Assembly: GCA_016177005.1 (NCBI GenBank)
Contig: JACOWC010000053.1
Location: forward strand, 1-61,371
Direction: 5' to 3'
Origin: Methylocystis sp.
Lineage (GTDB): Bacteria; Pseudomonadota; Alphaproteobacteria; Rhizobiales; Beijerinckiaceae
DNA: 61,371 nucleotides
Under the pieces are notes generated by a model, which was given only the letters and a program-made list of their open reading frames with translations, made no database searches and was not told the DNA's origin. This document shows positions 9,340-19,587 of the stretch, in pieces (positions within the stretch are counted from its first letter, which is position 1; the number at the start of each line of letters is the position of its first letter). Both the position numbers and the translations under genes were made by a program.

Positions 9340-12300
9340 TTAATGAAAGTCCCGCGATTTCGGCAAGATTCGAACGTTGCGCGGATGGCGGACGCGCGGA
9401 CGCTGCGGATGATTAAATTCGTCGGCGCGCGACAGGGCGATGTCCGGACGATGCGCGTCTGACAGCCTGTTGAGATCGACGCTGCGGTCGATGATCCGCT
9501 GCGCCATCAGATGCAGCACATTCTCCGGGCTTTTCTGCACCCTGCCTTCCACCAGCATGAGTCGTGACGCCATCGTCTCGCGGCGGTAGCGCGCGAAGAG
9601 CCGCGCCCAAATGACGATATTGAGAATGCCGGTTTCGTCTTCGAGCGTGACGAAAATGGCGTTGCCCTGTCCCGGCCGCTGCCGCACCAGCACGACGCCG
9701 GCGCCGCGCGCGAAGGCGCCGTCGGCGAGCGCCGAAACTTCCGCGCAGGACATAATATGTTCGCGCGCGAACATCGGCCGCAGCACCGCCATGGGATGGG
9801 CTTTCAGCGAGAGTCGCAGCGTCTGATAGTCGGCGGCGACATGTTCGCCAAGCGACATGGACGGCAGCAGCGGATCTTGTTCCTTGGCGAGTTCGCGCGC
9901 GTCGGCGGCGGCAAAGAGCGGCAGGGGTTTCGCGTCGGGCAGACGCCGAACGGCCCAGAGCGCGTCGCGTCGATCGCTTTGCAGAGAGCGGAAAGCGTCG
10001 GCGTCGGCGAGCGCGCGCATCGTCGCGGCGTTGAGCGCCGCCCGACGCGCGAGATCTTCGACGCTGTCATAGGGTTTCGTTCGCGCTTCGACGATGCGGT
10101 TCCCTTCGCTTTCATGCACGCCGTCCGCCTGGCGAAAGCCGAGGCGCAGCGCTAGACTCCCGTCTTGCGCGCGCTCCAGCCGATTGTCCCATTCGCTGAA
10201 ATTCACGTCGACGGCGCGCACGTCGACGCCATGCTCGCGCGCGTCGCGCACGATCTGCGCCGGCGCATAAAAGCCCATCGGCTGCGAGTTGAGCAGCGCG
10301 CAGGCGAAGATCGCGGGATAGTGGCATTTGATCCAGGAGGAGATGTAGACGAGCTTGGCGAAGGACGCGGCGTGGCTTTCGGGAAAGCCATAAGAGCCGA
10401 ACCCCTTGATCTGCTCGAAACAGCATTGCGCGAAGCCGCGGTCGTAGCCGCGCGCCGCCATGCGCTCGACCATCATTGATTCGAATTGATGGATCGTGCC
10501 GACATTGCGGAAGGTCGCCATGGCGCGGCGCAGACGATTGGCTTCAACATCGGAGAATTTCGCCGCGACCATGGCGAGCTTCATCGCCTGCTCCTGAAAG
10601 AGCGGCACGCCCTTGGTCTTTTCGAGCACCTTGCGCAATTCGTCCGCCGGCCCGTGCTCGGGCGCCGGCGAGGGATAAACCACCGGTTCGCTTCCGGAAC
10701 GGCGGCGCAGATAGGGATGCACCATATTGCCCTGAATAGGTCCGGGCCGCACGATCGCCACCTGAATGACGAGATCGTAAAATTCACGCGGCTTCAGGCG
10801 CGGCAGCATATTCATCTGGGCGCGGCTCTCGACCTGAAAGACGCCGATCGAATCGCCCCGGCACAGCATGTCGTAGGTCGCTTTATCGTCGGCCGGCACG
10901 TCGGCGAGGCCCATGTCCTTTCCTTCATGGGCGCGCAAATAATCGAAACATTTTCTAATGCAGGTGAGCATGCCGAGCGCCAGCACGTCGACCTTCATCA
11001 GACCGAGCGCGTCGATGTCGTCCTTGTCCCATTCGATGAAGGTGCGCTCAGGCATCGCGGCGTTGGCGATCGGCGTCAGCTCGTCGAGCCGCCCGCGCGC
11101 GAGAACGAAGCCGCCGACATGCTGCGAAAGATGGCGCGGAAAGCCGAGCAGCCGCGTCGCGAAATGAATGGCGCGGCGGATGATTGGATTTTCGGGATCA
11201 AGCCCGGTCTGGCGGATGTAAGTCTGCGGAATGTCGGAGCCCCAACTACTCCATTGCGTGCTGGCGAGAGCGGCGGTCACGTCCTCGGTCAGGCCGAAGA
11301 CCTTGCCGACTTCGCGAATGGCGCTGCGCGGCCGATAGCTGATGACGGCGGCGACGAGTCCGGCGCGTTCGCGGCCGTATTTTTCGTAAATATGCTGGAT
11401 GATCTCTTCGCGCCGCTCATGCTCGAAATCGACGTCGATGTCGGGCGGCTCCTTACGCTCCTGCGAAATGAATCTGGCGAAGAGCAGATCGTTTTCCGCC
11501 GGATCGACGCAGGTGACGCCGAGCACATAGCAGACGGCGGAATTGGCGGCGGAGCCGCGCCCCTGACAGAGAATCCCCTTGTCTTCGGCGATCCGCACGA
11601 TGTCGTGAATGGTGAGAAAATAGCGCGCATAGTCGAGCGTCTTGATGAGCGCCAGCTCTTCATGCAGGAGCTTTTCGACCTTCTCCGGCACGCCCTGCGG
11701 ATAGCGCATCGCGGCATGGCGCCAGGTCAGCTCCTCGAGCCATTCCTGGGGATTGCGCCCCGGCGGGACAGGCTCGTCCGGATATTCATATGTCAATTGA
11801 TCGAGCGAGAAATCGACGCGCGCGAGAAAACATTGCGTCTCCTCGATCGCCTCCGGCGCCTCAGTGAAGAGACGCGCCATTTCGTCGGGCGTCTTCAAAT
11901 GACGTTCGGCGTTGACCTCCAGCCGGCGTCCCGCTTGCGTGAGCGTGACGCCTTCGCGAATGCAGGTCATGACGTCCTGCAGATCGCGCTGGCCGGAATC
12001 GGCGTAAAGCGCGTCGTTCGTCGCAAGCAAGGGCGTCTGCGTTCGCGCGGCGATCTCTTTCAGTCTTGAAAGACGCCGCCTGTCGTCGCCACGCCGCGGC
12101 ATGGTCGCGCCGAGCCAGACGTCGCCTTGCGCAAGATCATTAAGACGCGCGAGCGTCGCGGGCAGGCGCGTCAGATTGCGCGATGGCATGACGATCAGCA
12201 GCAGATCGCGCGCGACTTGCGCGAGATCGTCGACATAAAGACGGCATTCGCCTTTCCTGGCGCGCAGATTCCCGGTCGTCAGCAGTCGCGTGAGCAGCGC

Positions 12301-12639
12301 CCAGCCATTGCGATTTTGCGGATGAACGACGATATCCGGCGTCTCGTCGGCGAAGACGAGCCGCGCGCCGACGACGAGCTTGAAGGATAGGACGCGCTCT
12401 GCATCAAGTTGCGCAAGAAGCGCCGCATCGTCGCCGGCCGGCGGATCGCGCAATTTTTCCCGCAGCTCCTTAAGCGCCGCATAGGCGCGCACGACGCCGG
12501 CGACGCTGTTGCGGTCGGCGACGCCAATTCCGTTCTGGCCGCGCAGCAGCGCCGTCAGCGCCATGTCTCCCGGATGCGACGCGCCGCGCAGGAAAGAGAA
12601 ATTCGTCGCCGCGACGAGTTCGGCGAAAGGCGCGCTCAT
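9340..12639 (-). CDS. dnaE2: Error-prone DNA polymerase DnaE2 (ImuC)
   Basis: NFSFLRGASHP, QGRGSAANS, PPDIDVDFEHERRE, C-terminal SRDFH. Confidence 0.97.
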   Translation of the reverse strand: MSAPFAELVAATNFSFLRGASHPGDMALTALLRGQNGIGVADRNSVAGVVRAYAALKELREKLRDPPAGDDAALLAQLDAERVLSFKLVVGARLVFADETPDIVVHPQNRNGWALLTRLLTTGNLRARKGECRLYVDDLAQVARDLLLIVMPSRNLTRLPATLARLNDLAQGDVWLGATMPRRGDDRRRLSRLKEIAARTQTPLLATNDALYADSGQRDLQDVMTCIREGVTLTQAGRRLEVNAERHLKTPDEMARLFTEAPEAIEETQCFLARVDFSLDQLTYEYPDEPVPPGRNPQEWLEELTWRHAAMRYPQGVPEKVEKLLHEELALIKTLDYARYFLTIHDIVRIAEDKGILCQGRGSAANSAVCYVLGVTCVDPAENDLLFARFISQERKEPPDIDVDFEHERREEIIQHIYEKYGRERAGLVAAVISYRPRSAIREVGKVFGLTEDVTAALASTQWSSWGSDIPQTYIRQTGLDPENPIIRRAIHFATRLLGFPRHLSQHVGGFVLARGRLDELTPIANAAMPERTFIEWDKDDIDALGLMKVDVLALGMLTCIRKCFDYLRAHEGKDMGLADVPADDKATYDMLCRGDSIGVFQVESRAQMNMLPRLKPREFYDLVIQVAIVRPGPIQGNMVHPYLRRRSGSEPVVYPSPAPEHGPADELRKVLEKTKGVPLFQEQAMKLAMVAAKFSDVEANRLRRAMATFRNVGTIHQFESMMVERMAARGYDRGFAQCCFEQIKGFGSYGFPESHAASFAKLVYISSWIKCHYPAIFACALLNSQPMGFYAPAQIVRDAREHGVDVRAVDVNFSEWDNRLERAQDGSLALRLGFRQADGVHESEGNRIVEARTKPYDSVEDLARRAALNAATMRALADADAFRSLQSDRRDALWAVRRLPDAKPLPLFAAADARELAKEQDPLLPSMSLGEHVAADYQTLRLSLKAHPMAVLRPMFAREHIMSCAEVSALADGAFARGAGVVLVRQRPGQGNAIFVTLEDETGILNIVIWARLFARYRRETMASRLMLVEGRVQKSPENVLHLMAQRIIDRSVDLNRLSDAHRPDIALSRADEFNHPQRPRVRHPRNVRILPKSRDFH

Positions 12640-14219
12640 GCAAAGAGCCCGTGCAGGAACCAGCGCGGCGCGGCGGGTTCGCTTTCATAGAGGCCCTCGC
12701 GAAACACCCAGAAGCGACGTCCATCGCGATCTTCCAGCCGGTAATAGTCGCGCGTTCGCCTTTCGTAACCGACTGCATTGCGCCACCATTCCGGGGCGAT
12801 GCGCTCCGGCCCTTCGGCGCGGGCGATCATGTGGCGCACGCGACGCCATTTGAAATGCATCGGCGGACCGTCCGGCGTCTGCGCCATAGTTTCGATGGGC
12901 TGCGGCGGATCGAACAGAAACAGCGGCCGCAAGGGCGGCTCGCCCGGCTCCGGCTTCACCCAGGAACCGGGCGGGGAAGAGGGAGACGCGGCGGCGTCGA
13001 CATAGGCGGCGGCGCGCACGGGATCATGCGTGTCATGCGCCGCAAAGCGCAGCACGCGTTCGCGGCCAAAACGCGCCGCGAGACGATCGACGAGATCGGC
13101 GACGTCGCTGTCCTGCGCGCCCTGCCGCTCGAAGCCGATCTGGCTTTGCGCCAGAGTTTCGGCGCGCAAGACGCAAAAGCGGATGACGTCGAAGCCGAAG
13201 CCCGGATCGAGCGGATCGGCGAGCGACTCGGCTTTCAGGCGAAAGAGCCGCAGAAGCGCCTCGACATTGCGCGAAGGCGCGCCGGTTTCGAAATATAGCG
13301 CGCGGACGGCGCCGTCCGTGCGAAAGAAGCGCGCTTCAAAAGCGCGGCCGCCTTGCCCGCGCTTTTCGAGAATGCCCATCGCTTCCGCGATCAGCGGCCG
13401 CAGAACGTTTTCTATCGCAGAAAGATCGAGGAAGGGCTCGGCGAAGCGCCGCTCGACCATACATTCCGGCAAGGGCCGCAAGGGCGTGATGCGCGCGTCC
13501 TCGCGTCCCAGAATGCGCGTCAGCCGCCGCGTCGTCTCGGCGCTAAAACGCGCCGTCAGCGCGGCGCTAGAACGATCGGCGAGATCGCCCAATGTCGCAA
13601 GGCCGGCGCGCGTCAGCGCGATGCTTGTCTCTCTTGGCGCTTCAAGCGCGGCGACGGACAGCGGACGGGTGAAATTTTCCTCTTCGCCCGGAGGCGCGAC
13701 GGCCGTCTCGCCAAAACGCGCCAAGGCGCGCGCGGCGTCGGGCGTTCCGGCGACGGCGGCGCGTCCAGTGAAGGAGAGGCGCGCCATCGCCTGTAAGACG
13801 CAAGCGCGCATCGCCGCATCGCCGCCGAAAAGATGCGCGCAGCCCGTCGCGTCGAGCATGAGGCCGCAGGGCGGATCGAGCGCCACGAGCGGCGTGAACT
13901 GTTCGCAAAAGGCGGCAAGCCGCAGCATCAGCCGCTCGTCGGCATCCGCATCGGCCTGCGCGACGGCGAGATGGGGGGCGCGCGCCCTGGCGTCGGCGAG
14001 CGTCATGCCCGGCGTCAAGCCGAGCGCGATCGCCTTTCGATCAAGCGCGTCGATGCGCAGCGCGCTGCGCTCTTTTTTGACGAGAACGAGCGGCGCGTCA
14101 TCCGAACTTGCGTTCGGCTGTTTGCGGCGCGCCTTGGTCAGCCGCTCCGCCGACAGGAAGGGAAGCCACAGGGCGAGATAGCGACGGTGCGTCGAATGCT
14201 CTGTCCTCGAAAGCGCCAC
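12636..14219 (-). CDS. imuB: ImuB, Y-family polymerase-like accessory protein
   Basis: RRYLALWLP, GMTLADARA, AEGPERIAPEWW, RDYYRLED..G.RFWVFR; start approximate. Confidence 0.92.
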   Translation of the reverse strand: MALSRTEHSTHRRYLALWLPFLSAERLTKARRKQPNASSDDAPLVLVKKERSALRIDALDRKAIALGLTPGMTLADARARAPHLAVAQADADADERLMLRLAAFCEQFTPLVALDPPCGLMLDATGCAHLFGGDAAMRACVLQAMARLSFTGRAAVAGTPDAARALARFGETAVAPPGEEENFTRPLSVAALEAPRETSIALTRAGLATLGDLADRSSAALTARFSAETTRRLTRILGREDARITPLRPLPECMVERRFAEPFLDLSAIENVLRPLIAEAMGILEKRGQGGRAFEARFFRTDGAVRALYFETGAPSRNVEALLRLFRLKAESLADPLDPGFGFDVIRFCVLRAETLAQSQIGFERQGAQDSDVADLVDRLAARFGRERVLRFAAHDTHDPVRAAAYVDAAASPSSPPGSWVKPEPGEPPLRPLFLFDPPQPIETMAQTPDGPPMHFKWRRVRHMIARAEGPERIAPEWWRNAVGYERRTRDYYRLEDRDGRRFWVFREGLYESEPAAPRWFLHGLFA

Positions 14220-14913
14220 GGTCACGGCTCCACTCCACACGCCACTCTTGCGACTCTTGCCACGCATGCCCCGCCGCGCCGCCGCGCCGGCGCAGCAGAA
14301 AAATCGCAAAGGCCGCAGACCCCGGCGCATTCGCCGCGCGCGGGCGGGAGGGGAGCGCCCGCACAAGCCAGCGGCTCGCGGCGGCGCTCGGCGCAGGGGA
14401 GGCGGCGACGCGCGTAACGAAGATCGGCGCGCCGGCGGCGGCCGCCGCCAGAGCGAGGCGCCGGCTCGCGGTCAGGTCATAGGCGCGCGCTGCGCCGAAG
14501 AGTTCGATCAGCGTCGCGCCCACAGTTGCGCAGCGTCCGGCCTCCAAGCCCGCCTGCAGCGCCTCCTTGGCGTCGCGCACGCGAATGAAGGCGACGGCGG
14601 CGGGGTTGAGGCCGATGTCGGCGAGACCCGGCGGATAGGGCGCGCCGGATTCGGCGGTCAGCGCCTCCTGCCGGACCCAGAGCAGCGGCTTCTCTTCTCC
14701 CGCCCTGGCGCGCCTGGCGAGCGCCAGGGCGAAGCCTGTCGCCGCCGGGGCGTCGGCCGCGGTCTCGGCATAGGCCTCATGCAGCGCCGCGCGGAGAATT
14801 CCGCCTCGAAGACGCCGATCGAGGCTCGGCGCGCCGAGCGCGATCGTCTCGGAAGCTGCAGCCGGATAGGCGCAAGCCAGGCTTTTCCGCAGGGAGGCCA
14901 GCGGATGGGTCAT
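14098..14913 (-). CDS. imuA: ImuA
   Basis: LDRRLRGG..ALHE, LTASRRLALAA, SAAASRW; first gene of the imuABC cassette. Confidence 0.88.
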   Translation of the reverse strand: MTHPLASLRKSLACAYPAAASETIALGAPSLDRRLRGGILRAALHEAYAETAADAPAATGFALALARRARAGEEKPLLWVRQEALTAESGAPYPPGLADIGLNPAAVAFIRVRDAKEALQAGLEAGRCATVGATLIELFGAARAYDLTASRRLALAAAAAGAPIFVTRVAASPAPSAAASRWLVRALPSRPRAANAPGSAAFAIFLLRRRGGAAGHAWQESQEWRVEWSRDRGAFEDRAFDAPSLSRPVASLPVGGAADQGAPQTAERKFG

Positions 14914-14920
14914 CTCATGT

Positions 14921-14935
14921 GTTCCTGTTATGTTC
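14921..14935 (-). promoter_or_regulatory. Alphaproteobacterial LexA (SOS) box
   Basis: GTTC-ctgttat-GTTC (GTTC-N7-GTTC), 7 nt upstream of the imuA ATG. Confidence 0.85.
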
Positions 14936-15007
14936 TTATAATGACTCCTGGCGTGCGAGAGTCAAGGCGGGGCTGGCTAACGGCGTCTGAAGAAAGTAGC
15001 CTGTTAT

Positions 15008-15397
15008 ATGACGATAGGATATATTTGTGTTGATGAATTCGACATCGAGGCGTTGCTGTCTCTGGACGGCGCGCGCTTCGAAGCCGCCGAGGGCTATGTG
15101 GTCGAGTTCATGGCGCGGCGAACCGAGGCGACAAAGGAGCGGCCGCATGGCCTGAGCTATGCGTTCGTGTTCCAGCCGTTGGATGGAGAGCCCTATGTGC
15201 GTTTCGATAACGCCCATGCGGTTGAGCGGCGGGGCGGCAAATATGTGAAGGCGCCGCGCGCCTATGACCATTGGCATCGCAGGGCGGGCGACCCCGGCCG
15301 ACCCTATGCGTTCACGACCGCGGCCCAGCTCCTCGAGGACTTTTGGAGAGAAGTGAAACGGGAGATGGCGGAAAGGAAAATACCCAATGACTTATAA
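15008..15397 (+). CDS. DUF6516/TumE-like putative toxin
   Basis: RPHGLSY...VRFDNAH...YDHWH...Y.F.TAAQLLEDFW.EV; overlaps the following HTH gene. Confidence 0.65.
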   Translation: MTIGYICVDEFDIEALLSLDGARFEAAEGYVVEFMARRTEATKERPHGLSYAFVFQPLDGEPYVRFDNAHAVERRGGKYVKAPRAYDHWHRRAGDPGRPYAFTTAAQLLEDFWREVKREMAERKIPNDL

Positions 15398-15815
15398 GAC
15401 AGGCTCGATCGGCGAATTCATGCAATGGACCAAAAAGGTCGTGGCCGAGCCGTCGAAGGCCGGCGAGTCTCCGAAAAATTGGTTCGACTCCGAGACGACC
15501 GCCGAGAAGTCCTTGGCGACCAAGGTGTCCGCGGAGGCTATGGTGAAACTCTTATCCGCCGAGAATCTTGCGCTGCTCCAGGTGATCGCAAAGGGAAATG
15601 TGAGTTCGGTGAGAGAATTGGCGCAATTGGTCAACCGCAGGGAATCGAACTTGTCGCGGACGCTTAAACGGCTGCGGGAGGCGGGCATCGTATCCTTCGA
15701 GAAAGGCGCCGGCCGGATGCGCGCGCCTCGATTAATCGCGCGCCGCGTGACGCTCGATCTTGATCTTGTTGGCGCGAACAGCACGGTGTCGGTCAAGCAC
15801 CCGGCTCAGGCGTGA
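15387..15815 (+). CDS. Winged-HTH (MarR/HVO_A0114-like) putative antitoxin or regulator
   Basis: KLLSAENLALL...SVRELAQLVNRRESNLSRTLKRLREAGIV. Confidence 0.7.
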   Translation: MTYKTGSIGEFMQWTKKVVAEPSKAGESPKNWFDSETTAEKSLATKVSAEAMVKLLSAENLALLQVIAKGNVSSVRELAQLVNRRESNLSRTLKRLREAGIVSFEKGAGRMRAPRLIARRVTLDLDLVGANSTVSVKHPAQA

Positions 15816-15880
15816 TCCCGGCCGGCGCTCGCTCGGGCTTCGACTTTCATACGGATTCCGGCTAATCCGTTCGCTTGGTG

Positions 15881-15991
15881 TGTCATTCCCGGCGGGCCGA
15901 AGGCCCGACCGGGAATCCAGAGCCAATCTAAGAAAATACTGGGGTTGCTCTTGATTCCCGATCGCTCGCTTTGCGCGCGTCGGGAATGACA
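15881..15991. repeat. REP/RIME-like palindromic intergenic element
   Basis: Terminal inverted repeat TGTCATTCCC...GGGAATGACA with internal hairpins, between convergent genes. Confidence 0.75.
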
Positions 15992-16012
15992 TCCGAGCCG
16001 TTCAATTTCGTA

Positions 16013-17833
16013 TCACCTCGTCTTCAAATATTCGACGATGGCCATGGCGCCGGCGACGTCGTCCGACCAATCGAGCTTCAAGGTCTTGCCGTCCTCGACG
16101 ACATCCTTGTCGTGCCCCTTGTTGGAGAGCGCCGGAAAGGATGTCGTATCGAAACGATAGCCTTCTTCGCGCGGGGGCGCCTGCGCGGGGTCCCAGGAAA
16201 AGCCGGCGAGCTTCTTGTCGTAGTCGAGCCGGCTCTTGACGAAGACCGCCGGGCGCTCGCGCGGGACGAGGAGATGGTAGAGGGTCGGCACCGAGCCATT
16301 GTGCAAATAGGGCGCCTGCGCCCAGACGCCGCCGAGCGGAAGCGCGTTATAACCCTCATGCAACTTGGGATCGGCCATGACGACGTCGGCGCGGTTTTCG
16401 AGCGATACCCCTTCGAACTTGGCGCAGGGCGCGACTGGACCCTCCGATGGCATGTCGACGGTTCTCGTCGGCGGACATATCGCGGTGAAGCTCGTGCGCG
16501 CGCCTGCGGCGATCGTTTCCGAGACGACGCGCGCCCGGCCCATATCCACGCCGAGATCATAGACCTTGCCATTATGCGGCCTGTGGCAGGCGGCGCAATT
16601 TTCCTCAAATAGCGCCTCGCCCTTCTTGGCGAGCGCGAGATCGACCGGGAAAGGATAGACGGGCGCGGGCAGGCCGAACAGCAAATCCTCGCCGAAGACG
16701 GCAATGCGAATGTCGGTGTCCGCCCCGAGCCCCAGCGTCAATTCCGCCGCGAGATTGCGGAAGATCGGAATCGGAATATTGCCGTTCCATTGTCCTCCGC
16801 CGTCGATGAGCGCCTTATGGTCGCTCGACCAGCGCACCAGGCGCTTTTCCTGTTCCCATACCGCCATGAAGTCGGTGATGCCCGGAGTCGGCGGCAGCAT
16901 CGTCTTAGGATCGGGATTTTGCCCGCTCGCCTCGGCGGCGGCGTAGGCCATCGACGTGCTGACGCCGGTCGCATCCGCCATGCCGCCAAAGCCTTGCGCC
17001 ATCTCGGCTTCGAAACCCTTGTAGTTCTTGTCTATGAGCGCAAGGAGCGACGTGAATTCGAGGCCCGTGCGAACGAGAAATCCGCCGACGATCTTATTCG
17101 CGTCCTGTTTGAAGAGCTCGATCTGCCGCTCTTCATACGCCGCGTCGAATCTGCGTCCGGCGAAAAGATAATTTTTGTAGAAATAATTCTTGTCCTTGGC
17201 GTGGACCTTGTCGAGCGCGGCCAGGATCGCTTTCGTGGCGTGCGCGGTTTTTTCCTCGAGCGTGGTCGCGTCGCCGGTTATTTTCTTGATCGTGTTGACG
17301 ACCCTGACGCGATATTGCACGAGATTGAACTGCGTGTTCACGCCGCCGTCGAGATAGTGAAGGCTCCCGTCGTCGAGACGCACGCGTCCGATATGGCAGG
17401 CGCCGCAGCTCAGCGCCGCGAAATCGACGGCCGCCAGGGGGGCTTCGCGCGACAGTCCCGTAAAGCCGAATCCGCGCGCGATCGGATAGCTGGGATCGCG
17501 CTCATCGACGAAGAGTCCGGCGACGTCGAGAAAATTCTCGTCGCTTCCCCATTCCTCCGGCGCGAGCTTCGGCAGAAGTTTCAGCACGATATAGGGCGCG
17601 CCGGTCGTCATGCCGAATGGGAAATCGGCGAACCAGCGATAGGCGATCGGCTTTCGCCTGATATAGGCGTCGAGCGCGGCGTTGCGTTTCGCCTGCTCCG
17701 CGCGCCAGGCGGCGGATGACGCCGCCTCTTCCGCCACATAGGGAGGCTTCGCATGGGCGGGCGAGACGAGCGCCAGGCAAAAAACCAGCGATGCGCGCAA
17801 AGGCGCGCGAGAAAGAAATGTCACCATGGCCAT
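16013..17833 (-). CDS. Secreted di-heme c-type cytochrome (RoxA/peroxidase-like C-terminus)
   Basis: Signal peptide, CGACH and CAACH, GVWAQAPYLHNGSVPTL, SNKGH. Confidence 0.8.
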   Translation of the reverse strand: MAMVTFLSRAPLRASLVFCLALVSPAHAKPPYVAEEAASSAAWRAEQAKRNAALDAYIRRKPIAYRWFADFPFGMTTGAPYIVLKLLPKLAPEEWGSDENFLDVAGLFVDERDPSYPIARGFGFTGLSREAPLAAVDFAALSCGACHIGRVRLDDGSLHYLDGGVNTQFNLVQYRVRVVNTIKKITGDATTLEEKTAHATKAILAALDKVHAKDKNYFYKNYLFAGRRFDAAYEERQIELFKQDANKIVGGFLVRTGLEFTSLLALIDKNYKGFEAEMAQGFGGMADATGVSTSMAYAAAEASGQNPDPKTMLPPTPGITDFMAVWEQEKRLVRWSSDHKALIDGGGQWNGNIPIPIFRNLAAELTLGLGADTDIRIAVFGEDLLFGLPAPVYPFPVDLALAKKGEALFEENCAACHRPHNGKVYDLGVDMGRARVVSETIAAGARTSFTAICPPTRTVDMPSEGPVAPCAKFEGVSLENRADVVMADPKLHEGYNALPLGGVWAQAPYLHNGSVPTLYHLLVPRERPAVFVKSRLDYDKKLAGFSWDPAQAPPREEGYRFDTTSFPALSNKGHDKDVVEDGKTLKLDWSDDVAGAMAIVEYLKTR

Positions 17834-18960
17834 TTTGGAAATCCCGTCGGCTCTTTCGGTTGATGCCGGAATTTGGAAGACTCGATATAGACGCCGTGAC
17901 GCAGCCGATTGATTCCGCCGATCGGCTGATGCGCCGTCAGCCCGTGCCACGGCGTGAACGCCACATGCTCGCACTCCGTCACCTGAAACGGATTGTCGAA
18001 ATTTTGCGGGTCGATCTCGAGCGTCGCGACGTTCTGCGGCGTCGCCGTCGTCTCCGGCCATTCGGCGGTCGCATCTTCGATCGGGAGCGAATCGTCGTTG
18101 CGCAGTTGCACTTTGAAGTCAAAGACCGCCGGCTTCCCAATCGCGGGATCGAGGCTCTTTTTCATCGCCTCGCGCAGGTAATTCGTGCCCGGATTTTCCG
18201 GCACAGGAGTCTTTTCGGCGCTTCTTGGCGTGACGCTGAATTTGGCGACCCTGTCGGGGCCAAAGAGAAACGGCGCAGCCGAAAAATACGGGCTCTCCAG
18301 CGGATTGCCGACGTTGGTCTGCTTAATCTTCGCAACGACCGCTCGAGTCTTTTCTTTTTCGGGCGTCATTTGCGCGAAGAAGGGTCGAATATCGTCGTGG
18401 TTAGCGAGCTGAATCTTGGTGACTTCCAAATATTCGGAGACGTTCGGAAAGGCGAAGCCGGGAAGATTGATGAGCAGAAAATCCTGCGTCTTCGCGCCGG
18501 GTTCATTGAGCAGCGTATCGCCCTCGACGCCGATCAGCTTGATCGCCATGCCGCGGCTGTCGGGGCCGCCTTTGCCGAGATCTGGCGCGAGAAAGGGCGT
18601 GGCGTTGGAGAAGCGAATCCAAGCGGGATAGGTCCTGCCCGGCGTCGCAAATACGCCAACCCTGTAATTTTCTGGAATGTCGCGATCGACGGTGAATGTC
18701 GCCTTGACGCAGCCGTGATCTTTCGGATGCACGCCGCGCCGCGCCATGCCTTCCGGATAGCGCATCTGCAAAAGTTGGGTGGTGAGCGCGATGATTTGCG
18801 CAATCTGCTCGGCTTCGCCTTGAGGCGCTTTTTCAAATTTGGTGAGCTGAGGCGCCGTCGCGTCAGCTCCCGCCTGTTCGGCGCGTATGGCTTGGCGCGG
18901 GATCGTAAAGACCGTGAACAGCGCGGCGGCCGCGATGGACGCGCTCCGTCTTATCGTCAT
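17821..18960 (-). CDS. Secreted catalase-related heme protein
   Basis: RGVHPKDHGC, WIRFSN, RGMAIK, FTPWH...HQPIGGINRLR..VY; RBS GAGGGGAGGG. Confidence 0.85.
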   Translation of the reverse strand: MTIRRSASIAAAALFTVFTIPRQAIRAEQAGADATAPQLTKFEKAPQGEAEQIAQIIALTTQLLQMRYPEGMARRGVHPKDHGCVKATFTVDRDIPENYRVGVFATPGRTYPAWIRFSNATPFLAPDLGKGGPDSRGMAIKLIGVEGDTLLNEPGAKTQDFLLINLPGFAFPNVSEYLEVTKIQLANHDDIRPFFAQMTPEKEKTRAVVAKIKQTNVGNPLESPYFSAAPFLFGPDRVAKFSVTPRSAEKTPVPENPGTNYLREAMKKSLDPAIGKPAVFDFKVQLRNDDSLPIEDATAEWPETTATPQNVATLEIDPQNFDNPFQVTECEHVAFTPWHGLTAHQPIGGINRLRHGVYIESSKFRHQPKEPTGFPKWPW

Positions 18961-19587
18961 GTTTCCCTCCCCTCGAACAATATTCTTTTGTTTCGCATTC
19001 AAAAACAGCAGGCGCGACGGATGATGTCATAGGCCTCGCCAACCTTGAAGCCTGTGCGCCGCTGCTTCGCGATCTTGATCGGTGCGCTAATCTGCGGCGA
19101 TGAGGTGGACATGCGCGGTCGCAGCCTCCACGCGGTGAAGCTTGCCGCAAGGCGTTGTGTCAAAACACTGTCCCTCCCACCCAATAGCGAAATCAGCTTC
19201 TTCTATACTTCCTCTATATAAGGCGATCCGACAACGGCGCACGATAAGCCTGCCGCTCAGTGGGGAACGCCGAAAGCCGAGTAAGGTTCCGCCGAACAGG
19301 TCAATTTGCAGTGCGGGAGTCCGGCGCCATACGGGGCGATCGGCGCTGTGAAGCGCGCCGTTTAGCCGTCGTCTTTCAGACGCGACACAGTATCTCTCCG
19401 ATTGCGCCTGTCCTTCGCGCTATTATAGTGCGTGTGAACTATCGCGGGCGCGCCGCATCACGCCTCGCCTTCCCGCCACCGGCGGCGCCGGCTGCGCACA
19501 AAACGTCGTTCTCGCGTTGAGCGATTCCGCAATGGCACAGATGTCATCGAACGGTCGTGAAAAACGGGCTTCGATGCGCGCCAGACG

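Noticed and set aside
10486-12069. Long antisense ORFs (this one and others such as 41172-42188, 52225-53508, 55995-57119)
   Set aside because: Shadow frames of well-supported genes in high-GC DNA, with no recognisable motifs.
19000-19560. Short ORFs or ncRNA in the catalase-ATPase intergenic region
   Set aside because: No RBS, motif or recognisable RNA structure that I can support.
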